From positions 1,488,001-1,552,000 of the forward strand of contig MU058636.1 in NCBI GenBank assembly GCA_013265495.1: a stretch of 64,000 nucleotides of DNA, read 5' to 3'. The translations under genes were made by a program, and so were the position numbers. Under the pieces are notes generated by a model. That model saw only the letters and a list, made by a program, of their open reading frames with translations. It had not been told where the DNA came from and did not search any database. Origin of the DNA: Vicugna vicugna. Taxonomy: Eukaryota. Positions 23,653 to 36,019 of this stretch are shown piece by piece (the first letter of the stretch is position 1; each line of letters opens with the position of its first letter).

Positions 23653-23818
23653 TTTTTTTGTTTTTTCAAGACTTTTTTGGGGTAATTAGGTTTATTTGTT
23701 TATCTAGCTATTTGTTTGTTGGTTTATTTATTTGTTTATTTTAATGGAGGTCCTGGGATTGAACCAGGATCTCGTGCGCGCTAAGTATATGCTCTACCAC
23801 CGAGCGCTACCCTCCCCC
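23653..23818 (-). mobile_element. Camelid Vic-1-type SINE
   Basis: Reverse copy: GGTAATTAGGTTTATT...GGAGGTCCTGGGATTGAACCAGG...GCTCTACCACCGAGCGCTACCCTCCCCC. Confidence 0.9.
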
Positions 23819-24866
23819 TAAAGCATTATATTAATAGATGCACAGCAGCCCGCCTGACGGTGGTCCAGAAATGTAGATGTAAACGTTAAGACTTACTAAT
23901 ACGTAGAGTAAGAATATGGCCACACCTCTTCTATCTTCTTCATAAAATTAACTGCTGGGGCACCCTAATCCCTCTGAGCAGAAAGCCCACTTGGCCCTCT
24001 GAAGGTCCCCAGCCTGTCCACCTCCCACCCAAGTTCTCCAAGAACGCTAGCGCTCTCCTCATCCTGAGCAGACTCCGGGTACCGAGCTCACAAAGCCGGA
24101 GGCCCAGCGCCGCAGCTCCCGGACTGCCACAAGGTGCCACTGCTAAAGGTCAGTCCTGTACACTCCGACCACTGTCACCATCTGCCCCCCTGCAGGTGTC
24201 CCTGCTGGGGTGGCTTCTTGTATATAGCTCACAACTGCACTCTCAGCCTTTGTTCTCTGAGACACAGCCACTGGGAAGGCTTGCCGGATCTTGAGGCCCT
24301 TCCAAGATCAGCCCCATACTGTTCTGAAATCAACTCTGCTACCAGTTCTTAGGTCCCTGTTATGAACTTGGGATGAGCTTTGACTCTCTTTCCTTCTGAG
24401 TAACTTCATTTCAGGGTCTCACTCACATCCTGCCCACTGTTGTCCCTGACGGACCTTTTTGATTTCACACTGAGGAGCAGTGGTTGGCTGTTGACCCGTT
24501 TGGAGAACCCTGGGCTTCCTACGCCAAACAGTGAGGTTCCCCCTCCCCAGCCAACAGCTCTGCAGAGCAGGGAGTGTGCTGGCTGATACTGAGCCGTCTG
24601 GAAGGCAGCTCTGCTCACCACCACACCACCAGTGCCGCTGCATTTTGTTTTGGAAAAACAAAATGTTTAATGTTTTCCTTTCTTTGGGAAAATGGCCCTA
24701 TGTTCATAGGAGACCATGGACACGTGAAAGTCCTACTTCAGTGTGATTCTCTAAACCTGTCCTGAAATGTCTTTGTAAATAAAAATCTCATCCTCCACGC
24801 ACCCCATGACGTATTGCTGCCCTACTGCTGGACTCTAGATTGTTGCCATATTTTAAAAACTATAAT

Positions 24867-24996
24867 GGGGGGAGAGCATAGCTCAAGTGGTGGACCGCAT
24901 GCTTAGCATGCACGAGGGCCTGGGTTCAATCCCCAGTGCTGCTATTAAAAAACAGCGATAAATAAAAAAAGCCTGATTCCTCCCCCCACCGAAAAA
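24867..24996 (+). mobile_element. Camelid Vic-1-type SINE, inserted in or next to an MLT1 LTR
   Basis: GGGGGAGAGCATAGCTCAAGTGG...CTTAGCATGCACGAGGGCCTGGGTTCAATCCCCAG followed by tail. Confidence 0.9.
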
Positions 24997-25400
24997 GATA
25001 CAAATGTATTCTGTTACGGCTCTAGAGCTCAGACCTCTCTGGGCTAAAATCTAGGTGTCAGCAGGGCTGGTTCCTTCTGGAGGCTCTAGGGGAGAGTCTG
25101 CTTATTGCTTTTTCCAGGTCCCCGAGGCCACCTGGCTCCTTGGCCCCTTCCTCCCAACACTCCAACCTCTGCTTCAGACAGAGCATCTCCCACGGCCAAC
25201 ATTGACTTTCTTGCCCCCCTCATAGAGGACGCTTGTGATCATATGTAGAGCCCACTTGGATGATCCGGGGTAATCTCCTGATCTCAGGGTCTTCAGGTTA
25301 GTCCCATCTGCCAGTTCCCTTTCACATGTTAGGTAAGCTTTGTAGGTTCCGGGGATTAGGCTGCAGGCACTTTGGGGACCCAGTTCTCAGCTGACCCCAC
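24997..25400 (-). mobile_element. MLT1C/D-type MaLR LTR
   Basis: AAATCTAGGTGTCAGCAGGGCTGGTTCCTTCTGGAGGCTCTAGGGGAG...GGATGATCCGGGGTAATCTCC...GGTTCCGGGGATTAGG. Confidence 0.85.
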
Positions 25401-26189
25401 CCAGCATCTCCACTGGCAGATGAGTGAGCCTACAGGCAGGGTCAACATGCCAAGTAAAGAATTCCCTTGGAAATGCCAGTTTCACAATATTATCTGTAAA
25501 AGTATAGAAGGGAAAAGTCCTGCTACCACTTGCACAGATCAACCCCTTTGATTTCTCTTGTCTTCCTTCCTGTCCTTGGCTAAATGCAGAAATAATTTTA
25601 GGTAATTGCAGCCATAGGATTCATACAATTTTCTGTTCTAATTTTTTCACTTATACTATATACTTTAAAGATTTCATATCTGTAACTAAGAACTTATTTT
25701 AAATTATTCTTTAATGTATAAGAGGATCAGAGACTTCTTTAAAATACCAGGGGACCACTGAGATTACCAGGGGTACACAGGACTGCACCCATATGTTCCT
25801 AGGTGGGGTCTATACCACGATCCCTCCCTCAAAGCTCACAGTTTAAGATGCTTTCAATGGAAAGCTTGAGAAATGTGTCTTAACTCTTTCTTGTTGCTTG
25901 CAATCCCTTGGCTTTCTGCTAGGTGAAAAGGACAGGTAAGAGCCACGTGGACAGCAGGGGAAGAGGAGAGAAAACAAACGTATCAGAGGAAAGAGTGAAC
26001 GGATGCTAGCCTGTGTTCCCTTCTGAATTTGTTTCCTAACTCATCCCAGCCGAGCAGCTGGGCTCTTAGAAGCCCGTGGTGTTGGCTGGACACTCGGGCC
26101 GCTCTTTCACTGAGACTATTTCTGGCTGAAAGAACAGCTGCCTTTGCCTCCCACAGAGAAGAACAAGCCGCCAGCATGAAAGCATCCGA

Positions 26190-26560
26190 AGGTTCTTCTG
26201 ATTCTGCCATTTTCTTTTTTTAAATCCTATAAAAGTAAGGTGGCAGCAAATTTTACTGTAATAGGAAAAAAAAAAAAACCCCACAGCCCAACCCTTGGGC
26301 TTGTAGTTTCAGTAATTAGCTCAATGTGCTAATGAGAGTCTTCAGGGAGGACGGCATGAATTAATGGGTGAATTTCACTTTAATAAATGTATAGGCAATT
26401 TTCTAAATGCAGATGGCCGAGCCCGCCCTGATGTCTCTACCTAGAGCCACTCGATATGGTAAGTGTCAGAGGAAAGTGGTTAATTTGTAAAATGCTTCAT
26501 GATCCTGATTAGAAGAGAAATCCTGCTAATGTTGGCTTTCCACCGTATTATTCATCTCGC
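26190..26560. promoter_or_regulatory. Candidate conserved non-coding element (homeodomain-motif rich)
   Basis: No repeat recognised. Contains GTAATTAG, GCTAATGA, GAATTAATGG, GTTAATTT, TGATTAG and GCTAATG within ~300 bp. Confidence 0.4.
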
Positions 26561-28559
26561 CCAGGCAGAGAACCCATCTTGCCCCCACCTCCCTAGCGTC
26601 CCAAGGCTTTTAGTTGCTCCTATTCTGCTGAATGGGGAGACAGCTCTCCCCCTTCAGGGGAGCTGGGCTGGACCTCCCCCCTTTGTGGGCTTTCTCTCCC
26701 AGGATCTGACCCCAAGGCCAGCCCAGGGGTCTTTATCTCCTGTTTTCCTGAGTACTGAAGGTGACCAGAATGTGGCCCAGGTGAGAACAACACACTGTTT
26801 TAGGGAAGGTACCTTCCCAGTTGTGCAACACTCCGAAGTCATCGTCACTTTAAGGAACTGTTTGCTGGTAGTTGGTTACACATGTTTAAACACACCAGGA
26901 AGATCAGAGAGCTAAGAGAAGATGTGAATTCCTCTCTTCTTTTAATTAATCCTCTGAATCAGGTTTGCTTTCCTGCTTTACAGGAAAAACCCGGGCTCCA
27001 ATTTGAAAATGTGTTTCCAGGCCTTTGGAACTGGCTCTCTGCTCAGGATTTATCAAGCACTTTCCTGTGCACACCATTGGGAGGTCACAAGTACAGTGAG
27101 ATTCAACTGCTCTGGATCAATAAACCTGAAAAATTACAGTAAGTCAACATTCATCACAGCCATTACCTCGACAACAAAAATCTCAACTCAACAAATCCTC
27201 TATTTGCTAGACTCAGGTTAACTGGAAAACCCAGTTTAATGGAAATGACTTTGACACCCATGAAGGGTCGGTAAAGCGCCACGTCTTAGGGGCACTTTTA
27301 TGAACACGAGGTGGAATTTTCCCATCTCAACCCACAATGAGTAGTGAACTAAGTTCATCAGACACTGTTCTGAATCCAGCAGAAAAGTCCCGTCCAAACA
27401 CAGAATCTGTATGGTTCCGGATTCACAGGTTGTTTTTTGTTTTGGGTTTTTTTTAAAAGAACCAAAATGGAATTTGGGGTTATTGAGTGTTCACAGCCCA
27501 GATGAGTAGAGGAGACCTGGAAGGGCTGGGATACTTGCTTTGAGCCGGCTGGACGGGATCCCAGCCTGCGGGTGGATGCGTGGCTCTCCGCGGCCCGGGA
27601 GGGAGGCCTCCAGTGTGCGCTTTCGGGCCCTGGCTGGGTCCTAGTCTTCGCAGTCAGTAGGCTGCTAAACTTAGACAAGAGCAACAGATTTAGCAAAGTG
27701 AAGAAACCAGCTTGGCCACACCAGGACACCCTGTGGCTCAGCCAGATGTGATTTACACGTCCGCCGCAGCTGCCCTCCCAGTGCCTGGGTCCAAGGAAGG
27801 CGGGAAAGCAGCCATCCATGTCTCCTTTCATGCATGAGCGGAGAATAGAGGCATGCCTGGCTTCCTTCCATGATGCAGCTTGTTGGGAGTTAAGCAGTTA
27901 AAAAACAGTGCGAAGAAAATTCTTGCTAAGAGTTAGAAGAAGGAGAGCATGAAAGGCCAGGAGCCCATCACCCCTCCTCACTCCTCCTTGAATCTTCCGA
28001 CCAGAACCAGGGGTGCCCTGTTTTCTCTGCTGTGAGAAAGCCAGGACCACTGACAGTCGGCCTCTGTGGCTGGGGCTGTGCCATGTGCTTTGTGGTCCGC
28101 TCTGAAAAGGCCCTGGGTCCCCATGAGCATTGAGCAGGAGACCATCGCCACTCTGCCCCTGGGGCCATGTTCAAATACTGGGGGAACGGTGTGGACCCTG
28201 AAAGTGGCAGCGCTGGGGGGCCCAACCAGAGATGTTCTTCTCTTACTCAGTTCATTCATTTATTCAACAAATCTTTAACTGACTTCCTTCTTCCCACCAG
28301 ACACTAGCAGTGGGGATAAGATAGTAAGGGAAGCAGATGCAGCCCCTGACCCCATGGAGCTCACAGTCTGGTGGCTGTGAGCAAGGAAAACAATCCTCTC
28401 TGCAGTAAACTGATTAAGTTATAATGCCCCCTGCACCTCATCTGGTCAATACACCCAGTGCTTTGTTACGGTGGTTCTTGGGTGCTCAGGGGTCAGGAGA
28501 GTCTCATGGGGCCGGGACCAGGAATCCAGCTAGGATGGGCTCTAGACAGACAGCAGAGA

Positions 28560-28745
28560 GGTCAAGTGGAGCTTCCAGAGTCAGACTGCCCAGGTTATTG
28601 TCCATTACTCACCAGCTGTGTGGCCTTGGGCAGTCAACTGCGCATGCCTGAGCCTGTCTCCTCAGTTGTGGCTAGCACCTGGCTTCTGATGAGGTGAAAC
28701 CTGGGCAGGTGTCCAGTGCCAAGCACAGGTCCTGGCACGTAGAAC
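28560..28745 (+). mobile_element. MIR SINE, preceded by an L2 3' end on the minus strand at ~28250-28400
   Basis: CCAGCTGTGTGGCCTTGGGCAGTCAACT...CCTGAGCCTG. L2 tail TTCATTCATTTATTCAACAAAT. Confidence 0.7.
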
Positions 28746-31700
28746 ATCTTGGCTCTTGGCTTGCCAAGAGTTCTTGGCCAGAAATGCAGCTTGTTGAGGG
28801 CAATTCATTTTATCTGATTAACAGTAACTGCAATCTAGGCAGGATGGAGGGCCTGGGAGGCTATCACGGAAATATGGTAGCAGAATTCAAAATTAAGGCT
28901 GGTCCCAGGCAGGAAGGACATGCAGGCCCATGGCTGCAGCCGTCAGAGTGGTGGCCTGACCCCAGGCTGCCCCTGAGGCTCTCTGTTCTGCATTTCCTGA
29001 GTCAGCAGGACCGGGCAGTGAGCGGGTATTGGGGGGGCTGTGTCGGCAGCTGCTGTAAGTTCTGGAATCAGAAAGCTTTCCTGACTTTTCCCTCTTGTTC
29101 ACCTTTAGGCAGAACAACTCATCCGAGGTCACATCACTCCTGTGTCTGAGCCCGGGCTCTTCAGGGGAAGACGGGACCAAGTGATTTTCTCTTAATTTTC
29201 CCTGGAAGCATAAGAAGTAAGGACTCCTGTCCTGGCATGCTGGTAGGAGAGTTTAAGTTCATAGTTTAGGTTTTAAAACTGCAATTTGAGCCCATTAGAG
29301 AGAGATCAGGCTACTGACGTGCACGGGAAAACAGTGCATTAGGCTATTTCCTTCCCGTAAAGACCTGTAAAAGCCAGTGTGATTTTTGCAGAATGAGGTT
29401 ATTGCAGCCAGTAATCGGCTCAGGCAGGACCAGAAGCTCTGAAATCAAGCCAACGAGGTCAAAGCAGGTCTGTGCGCCTGAGAGTGGGAGCTGGGAGCCA
29501 GGCTCTGTGCCTGGTGTGGACTGTGAAGTAATTTATCTTAAGATCCATAAAAATCAGGTGGAGTCAGGATCAACCCCATTTTACGGATGGGGAAGCTGAG
29601 GCTCAGGCCACCAGGATCCTACTACTTGGCACTGGGAGTGCAGCAGCCTGAGAGATGAACGCCTCCTCCCAAACAAGAGTGCCTGATTTGAATCCCACCT
29701 CTGTACGCACGGGTGGGTGGCCTTGGGCACATTCTTGACTATAGGACCTCAGTTTCCTTGCCCCACAGGGCAGTGGAGAAGGTTAAAACAGAAAATGCAC
29801 GAACCTGCTTAGCCCTGCTCCTATGTCTTGTCCTTAGAATCTCCACCCCTGCCCTTAGTGATGGAGGGGCGGGCCCTGTCCGCTCAGCCCAGGTACAGCT
29901 GCTGTATCCACAAGCGGGGAGACCACTGCCCAGACAGAAGGGGATGTCAGGTGCTGCCGCCAGGGCTCTCCGGGCCCTCTACACACACACCCACCCACTC
30001 CCCTCCACATGCCTCCTCCCAGCCCTGCCAGGGCTGGCTCGCTGTCTCCTTCTGAGAGCCGCCACCCGCTCTCACTTCCCAGCACTGTGGCTCCCTGCAA
30101 ACACCACCCACCTTGGGTGGAGAATCCATGGAGCAGCAGCTTCCAGCCCATTTCTTGAACTTTTGCCTTTGGGTCACCCAGCTTCCTCATCTGGAAGCAG
30201 AGGTAATGAAGTGGCCTACCCTTGGGGGAAACTTTGAGAATAATTAATATAATTGTTTAGAGTGCTCTGAACTCTCCGGGGTTACGGTTTATCATGATGG
30301 CAATCACCATTGGGATATAATTAACTCACCATATAGTTTTCTCAGGAACCACATCTTTGAAAACTATTACTTGTAATTTTACAAATTGGATGGCCCCATC
30401 CTGGTCAGCAGCCAGCAGCAGACTTCTGAAGCAAGCCCAGGGGGACCTGCACTGGTGTCTCTGAGGATCCCAAAGCACAGGGAGGACAAACTGCCTCCTT
30501 GAGGATCCTTCACCCTGAGTCCGTAAAAGTGCAGCAGCACAGATTTCAGAATCAAAGCGGGATCCTGTTTCAAAATCGTTCCTCTTGAGATGCCAAGGCC
30601 AGGGGGCAGCCACATCCGCAGGAAGGCCGCTTCTCTCCTTCCAGGACCATGGCCCACCTGCATTTTACCTCTTCCCCAATCACCGCAATCACAAAACCCA
30701 TTTTGATTTTCCTGAAAGAGCCTGTATTAATTGAATGCTACGTCTCTTCCAGGTAAAAAGGAAATGAGACATTCCCTATGGCTTTCATATATAGTCAGTT
30801 ATGGCCGTATTGGCAGAGGGGGCAGCTGACCATCTACAGTGGAAGATGGGACGGCAGAAGGGATGAGAGACGGAGGGTAACAGTGGGGACTACGGTGTGG
30901 ATTTGAGGGGGATGCTGAAGCCATCTTGCCTCGCTTTCCAGGTCTCAATGGCCGCCTAAGTCAGGAGTCGTGCCTTTTCTGAGGGGCCCTGCTTGTGCAG
31001 TCCCCATACTGAAGAAGTCCACCAGTGACCATGGTTGGAAGTTAGTGAACGTGGGAAGGTGGAGGATGCTGGCAGGGGGTGGGGGGGAGGGAGTTGGGAG
31101 CACGCATGCGTGCGCACGCTCGCACGCATGCGCACACACCGTGGCCACCTGCGCAAGTGTGGAGCCGCAAAGAGGGTCTAGCGGGAAGGATATGCGCGAG
31201 GTAGGCGAGACACAGAGGTCAGCTCTCGCCACTGCCACCTGGATTCTGCTTCTCAGCTGGCCACTGGAAGAGTATTTTACCCACCTTGGCAGGTATCACG
31301 TTATGAAGCTGATGTAAATCTCAGGCCTTACGGAATGTGGTTTGCAAGATGCCTCGGGCATTGCTGTGCACCCTGCCCCTCGGCCCTCGTTTCTGCGTTT
31401 TCTTAGTAGTTCTGTTGTTGCCTGAACGCCTTACATGCGCCTAGTTCTTTGCAGATCTGGCATGTGTGCTTGTGTCTTATATCTGCTGAGGACCTGTGGG
31501 CTTCTTGAGGCGGTACTGAGCACTCGCACCCTCGTCTCAGCTGGAAGAGGGAAAAGATGGGTGGGCCTGGCCAACGGGCAGTTTTTGAGTGGTATCCACA
31601 GAGCAGTCTGCTCACCTACCCAGTAACAGGAGGCATCGTGGCTGTGGGAGCACCAGCTGCTACCCTGAGAGGCCTCATGAATCCCTTCCTGTTCAGTAAC

Positions 31701-31871
31701 TAAGGGTACAGAGCTCCCAGCCAGGCCCTTGACTGATGCAAAACTTAAAACTACCTCAGGCAATGAGAGGCACTGGAGAGCATGGCTTTGTGACTATTTC
31801 TTCTTCTTTCTCTTTTTTTCTTTTTTTTTTCTTGATGTGTGCCGTCAAGTGTTCCCAAGGGCATCCACACT

Positions 31872-32400
31872 TTTCTTTATTTTAATTGAAGTATAGTCAA
31901 TTTAGAATGTTGTGTTAATTTCTGGTATACAGCATAGTGATACAGCTACACATACATATATATCCTTTTCATTATAGGCTATTACAAGGTATTGAATAGA
32001 GTTCCCAGTGCTTTACAGTAGGACCTTGCTTTTTATCTATTTTATGTATAATGGTTTGTATCTGCAAACTCCCAGCTTATCCCTCCACCCCCTCCCTTTC
32101 CCCCCTGGTAAACATAAGCTCATTCTCTGTGTCTGTGAGTCTGTTTCTGTTTTTTAAATAAGTTCACTTGTGTTATTTTTTTTTTTTTTTAGATTCTACA
32201 TATAAGTGGTATCGTGTGGTATTTTTCTTTCTCTTTCTGGCTTTCTTCACTTAGTAAGACAATCTCCAGGTCCATCCATGTTGCTGTAAATGGCATTATT
32301 TCATTCTTTTTTATGGTTGAGTAGTATTCCATTGTGTGTGTGTGTGTGTATGTACATATATATGTATGTATATACATACATACCACATCTTCTTTATCCA
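31872..32400 (-). mobile_element. 5'-truncated L1 3' end (cetartiodactyl/camelid type)
   Basis: TTTTAATTGAAGTATAGTCAATTTA...GTATACAGCATAGTGAT...AGATTCTACATATAAGTG. The ORF ...MEYYSTIKKNEIMPFTATWMDLEIV is the ORF2 C-terminus. Confidence 0.92.
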
Positions 32401-32849
32401 ATCATTTCCAATTATTTCTTCTTCATTAATCACTTGCTGCAATTTTCAGGGTCATTCTTTCCCATAGATATCTGATTTAGGGAAAGCAGACCTTGGCTAG
32501 CTGTGGACAGTCTTGGAGTATTTTGGCCCTAAGACAATGACCTAGAAGTAATTGATGACACAGTGGTGATAGGGAGATGGGCCTTCCATGGTGTGGCTTT
32601 GGACAACTCAGAAATCATGGACCTGAGCAGTGGAAGAATTCCCAGGTTCAACCCAACAAGGTTTTCGTAACACCTCTGAGGGCCCTCCTCCGAGCCCAAG
32701 GATGCCACTGCAGAAGTCTGCCCAGGCGGGCATCCCCGGGAGGGATGGGGGTGCGCTCCCACAGTGTCTAATTAGTGACTGTCCGGCTCACTTGAGGGTA
32801 TATTCTGCAGAGCTTTCCCCCCATGTGCTTTATTGTCCTGTTTGGAGCT

Positions 32850-33700
32850 CCTTTAAATGAAAACAATGCAAGCCAGGGCGTTTCTCTCATGGCTGCCTCT
32901 GGTCTGTTTACTCCCAGCTCTCTTTAGGAAGGAAAAGGCTGGAAACTGCATCCTAATGGCCCAATTAGTCCTAATGCTGTGCAGTGTTGACTGTTTAGTT
33001 ACCACCATATTGTGTACAGAACTAATTGTGGTGAAAGCAAATGAATGGTCAGGAAACAAACAGGCTACTAGAAAATAATTACTTGGAGTGTTTCTCTTTA
33101 GTACCTGTGCAGCGGATTTCATTATAGTCAACAGCCTCTAAGCTGCTCGAAATAGTGGTATTTGTCATTTTCATAGAAACTTGATAATGACATTAATTTA
33201 TCTTAATGGCCCGTTCTATTGTTATAAATAGTAAAATTAGCTTAAATTGTCTTGCTTTTGCTGGTTTTGGATGGCTGCGGAGGGCCCCACAGCAGCCGAC
33301 GAGTAGATAATTTGGTGTGCTTGACAGATTCCCAATAATCTGTTATGTGGAGCATGAGTAATGCTAGCACCATTAATGTTCATTTTCCTCTAAATTCATT
33401 ACTGCCCTTTTCCCTTTTATCTTTTTTAATGTCTGCGCCATTTTTCTATGTTTCAAGTGGAGCCACAGAGCCTATTCAGATTCCGCCGGCTATTAACATT
33501 CTGCACATAGCGAACATCCCATGGAAAACAACTCTTTATGAAATGATGAGCCTGGTCGCTATTTACAACAGAAAAAAAAAAAAAACCAGGCAGAACGGAG
33601 AGCTTACTGGTATCAGGGCCTGGGTATAATTAAGCCAAACGTAATTTTAAAGAAATTTAAATGTTTTCATTTTATGGCTAAGGTAAAATAGACTCAAGGG
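32850..33700. promoter_or_regulatory. Candidate conserved developmental enhancer (dense TAAT/ATTA and SOX motifs)
   Basis: AT-rich block with no repeat recognised. Contains CCTAATGG, CAATTAG, CTAATG, CTAATTG, TAATTA, CATTAATTT, TTAATGG, CATTAATG, TATAATTAA and SOX-type AACAATG and CTATTGTT. Confidence 0.5.
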
Positions 33701-34077
33701 AGAATCTAAGAAGGTGTAAATGCATCACCACACTCTCTCCTCCCTTCCACATCGCTCCGGTCTCAACCCCCGGGGCATCTTATCAAAGGTGAGGAGGCAG
33801 CGTTCCCTATCAACTTGATTCTAATTAATCCCTAAGAAATGTTACGACTGATTTCATTTCTGTAAGCAGATATGTTTTCACAGTATCTGGAACAAACACA
33901 AAGGCTATTTATCATCAGAAAAACTCCTAGAATTCTGTTGGTTCCCTCTAACTTCCAAATCTTTGTCTGTGTCTCCCCTGTTAACTGGGAAAGACACCAA
34001 AATCAGTCACTTCTGTCCTTCAGGCTTTTATATTATAAGCTGCATCTTTTTAAAAAAAGAACCTAACCAAAAATAGC

Positions 34078-34141
<64 letters not shown>

Positions 34142-34159
34142 AAAGAAAAGAAAAGAAAG
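34078..34159 (+). repeat. (GAAA)n / (GAAAA)n microsatellite
   Basis: About 15 perfect GAAA units followed by GAAAA units. Confidence 0.97.
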
Positions 34160-36019
34160 CGTGCTTTGTTCTCAAGATAAGGGAGATTCTCCTTGATGTA
34201 TCTGTGCAGAACTCATCCCCAGGGTTGCATGGTCCCAGGGAAGAAGATGCACTGAATTTTTAAAAAGAGACCCCAGACATGTCTGTCAAACTAGAAGTCC
34301 CCCAAATGATGACTTTCACACTGAAATAGCAAATCAACATTTAAAGAACTTTCCCTGTCCGTGAGGCAAAGTCATTTCTTTTCTCCACTGCTACAAACAT
34401 TTTAAAAGCAGTCTGTTCAGTAAAATCACCCAGATGCACTCCTGAGTATGTGTACGCCCAGGCCCTGCAAACCTTGGGGAGGAATACAGGATAATGTACT
34501 AATAATGTGATGTATCAGAGGGGCAATTCATAAAATATTTATCCTAAAGCAGAAAATGTATCTGTCTCCTTGTTCATTTATAAAATAATAGTTTAGGGGA
34601 ATTAGGTACCAGCTAAATCCCTTAGTCAATGTGGTTGGTTTCACCCAGAGTCCATTAGACCAGGCTATGTATCTGCTGAGGAAGACGCAGCCTGTCAGCG
34701 GTGCATAATGGATCATGAAAGATAAATGGATTAGGCAATTGAATAATTAGAGTAGTGCCCACCAGTGCGGCTCTAAGTAAAGGGCTGTGGGGATTGCCAT
34801 TAGAAACCTCCATTTCAGTGGTTAGAAATCCATCTGGGAAAATTTGGCTGGTGCTGAAAGTTAGTGCCTGGTGGGGAACTAAGGGGAAAGAAGCTCCCCA
34901 GGGAGGGTCCTGGTACCCAAAACCCAATGTTGGGTGATTTGGGAGCCATGATGCTGGAGGGACTTCAGCCCTGCCCCCTCCCCCCACCTAAGTAAGTCTC
35001 ACAAGCACCAGATTTGGTGGAATTGAACATTTCCCTGGACGGGGGGTGATCTGAACTGCTCCTCTGTCTTCAGGCTTGGAGCACTCAGAGATGCCTTAGG
35101 GAAAGGCTGTGCTGTGAATGCTGTACTCCGGGATTGTGCAGTACACACAACTGTACTCTGCCACCCATCAAGGGCCACACCTCTAACACTTTGTGTGGTG
35201 CCTGGCACATAGAGGCTGCTCAAAAATATCTGATGAGTGAACAGCAAATTGTCATGACCTTTACTGAATGCAGTGAGAAACAAAGGAAGACACACTGGAA
35301 ACATTCAAAGCCACACAAACATTCAAACAACTGCTTCGGTCCAACAGGATCTAGTTCTATTCTGAAAACAATTGCTGGAAGGAAAGAGGTTTTTATTAAA
35401 GGTGTGACTGTATAGAGAGGGAAACAAAGTCCCAGAGCCCTTATTGGCTACTTATTAGTTGGGAGCCGGGGGCAAGTCACTGACCAACTCTAAGCCCCGT
35501 TTTCTCAGTGTTCCCGGAGTTGACAAGAGCCGGCTCTCAGGGCTCCAGGATCCAGTGAGGGACAGCGTGCCTGAGTGCGCTGTGGACTCTGAACAGTCAG
35601 AGTCTAGTTCACTGCCATCACTGCCAACCAGGAACTCACGCATGTCCGCAGGCAGCTCTCACTCATCAAACACAGGGTCTTACTGTCCACCGCACGTGTT
35701 CAAGTTGGGTCACATTGGCCCTGTTTCATAGAGACAGAAAGGAGGCTCAGGAATTTGCTCTGATTTGATAGCTGGTGGCTAATGACACAGGCAGGACTCA
35801 GACTCAGGTCTGCCCAGCACAGAGGCCTTTGGGCCACGGGTTTGGTTTGGCCTGTACTGAGGGGAGGTCCTGGCACGACAGGGGATGTGCTGGTCACGTG
35901 CGTACAGACAGGCTCTACGTGCAAAGCCCTGCCCTGGTGGAGGTACACCAGGGCGGGGGGCTCCTGGGGAGGGGCTGCTGGGGGTGCATTCTCTGTGTGT
36001 GCACCAGTCTCCTGCATGC

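Noticed and set aside
29713..30237. 174-aa ORF, one of the longest non-L1 ORFs
   Set aside because: It starts at GTG, begins and ends in MIR-derived sequence, and has no recognisable domain.
30596..30826. CTCF-like motifs GGCCAGGGGGCAG and GCAGAGGGGGCAG
   Set aside because: Three or more mismatches in the 5' half of the core, which is expected by chance in GC-rich DNA.
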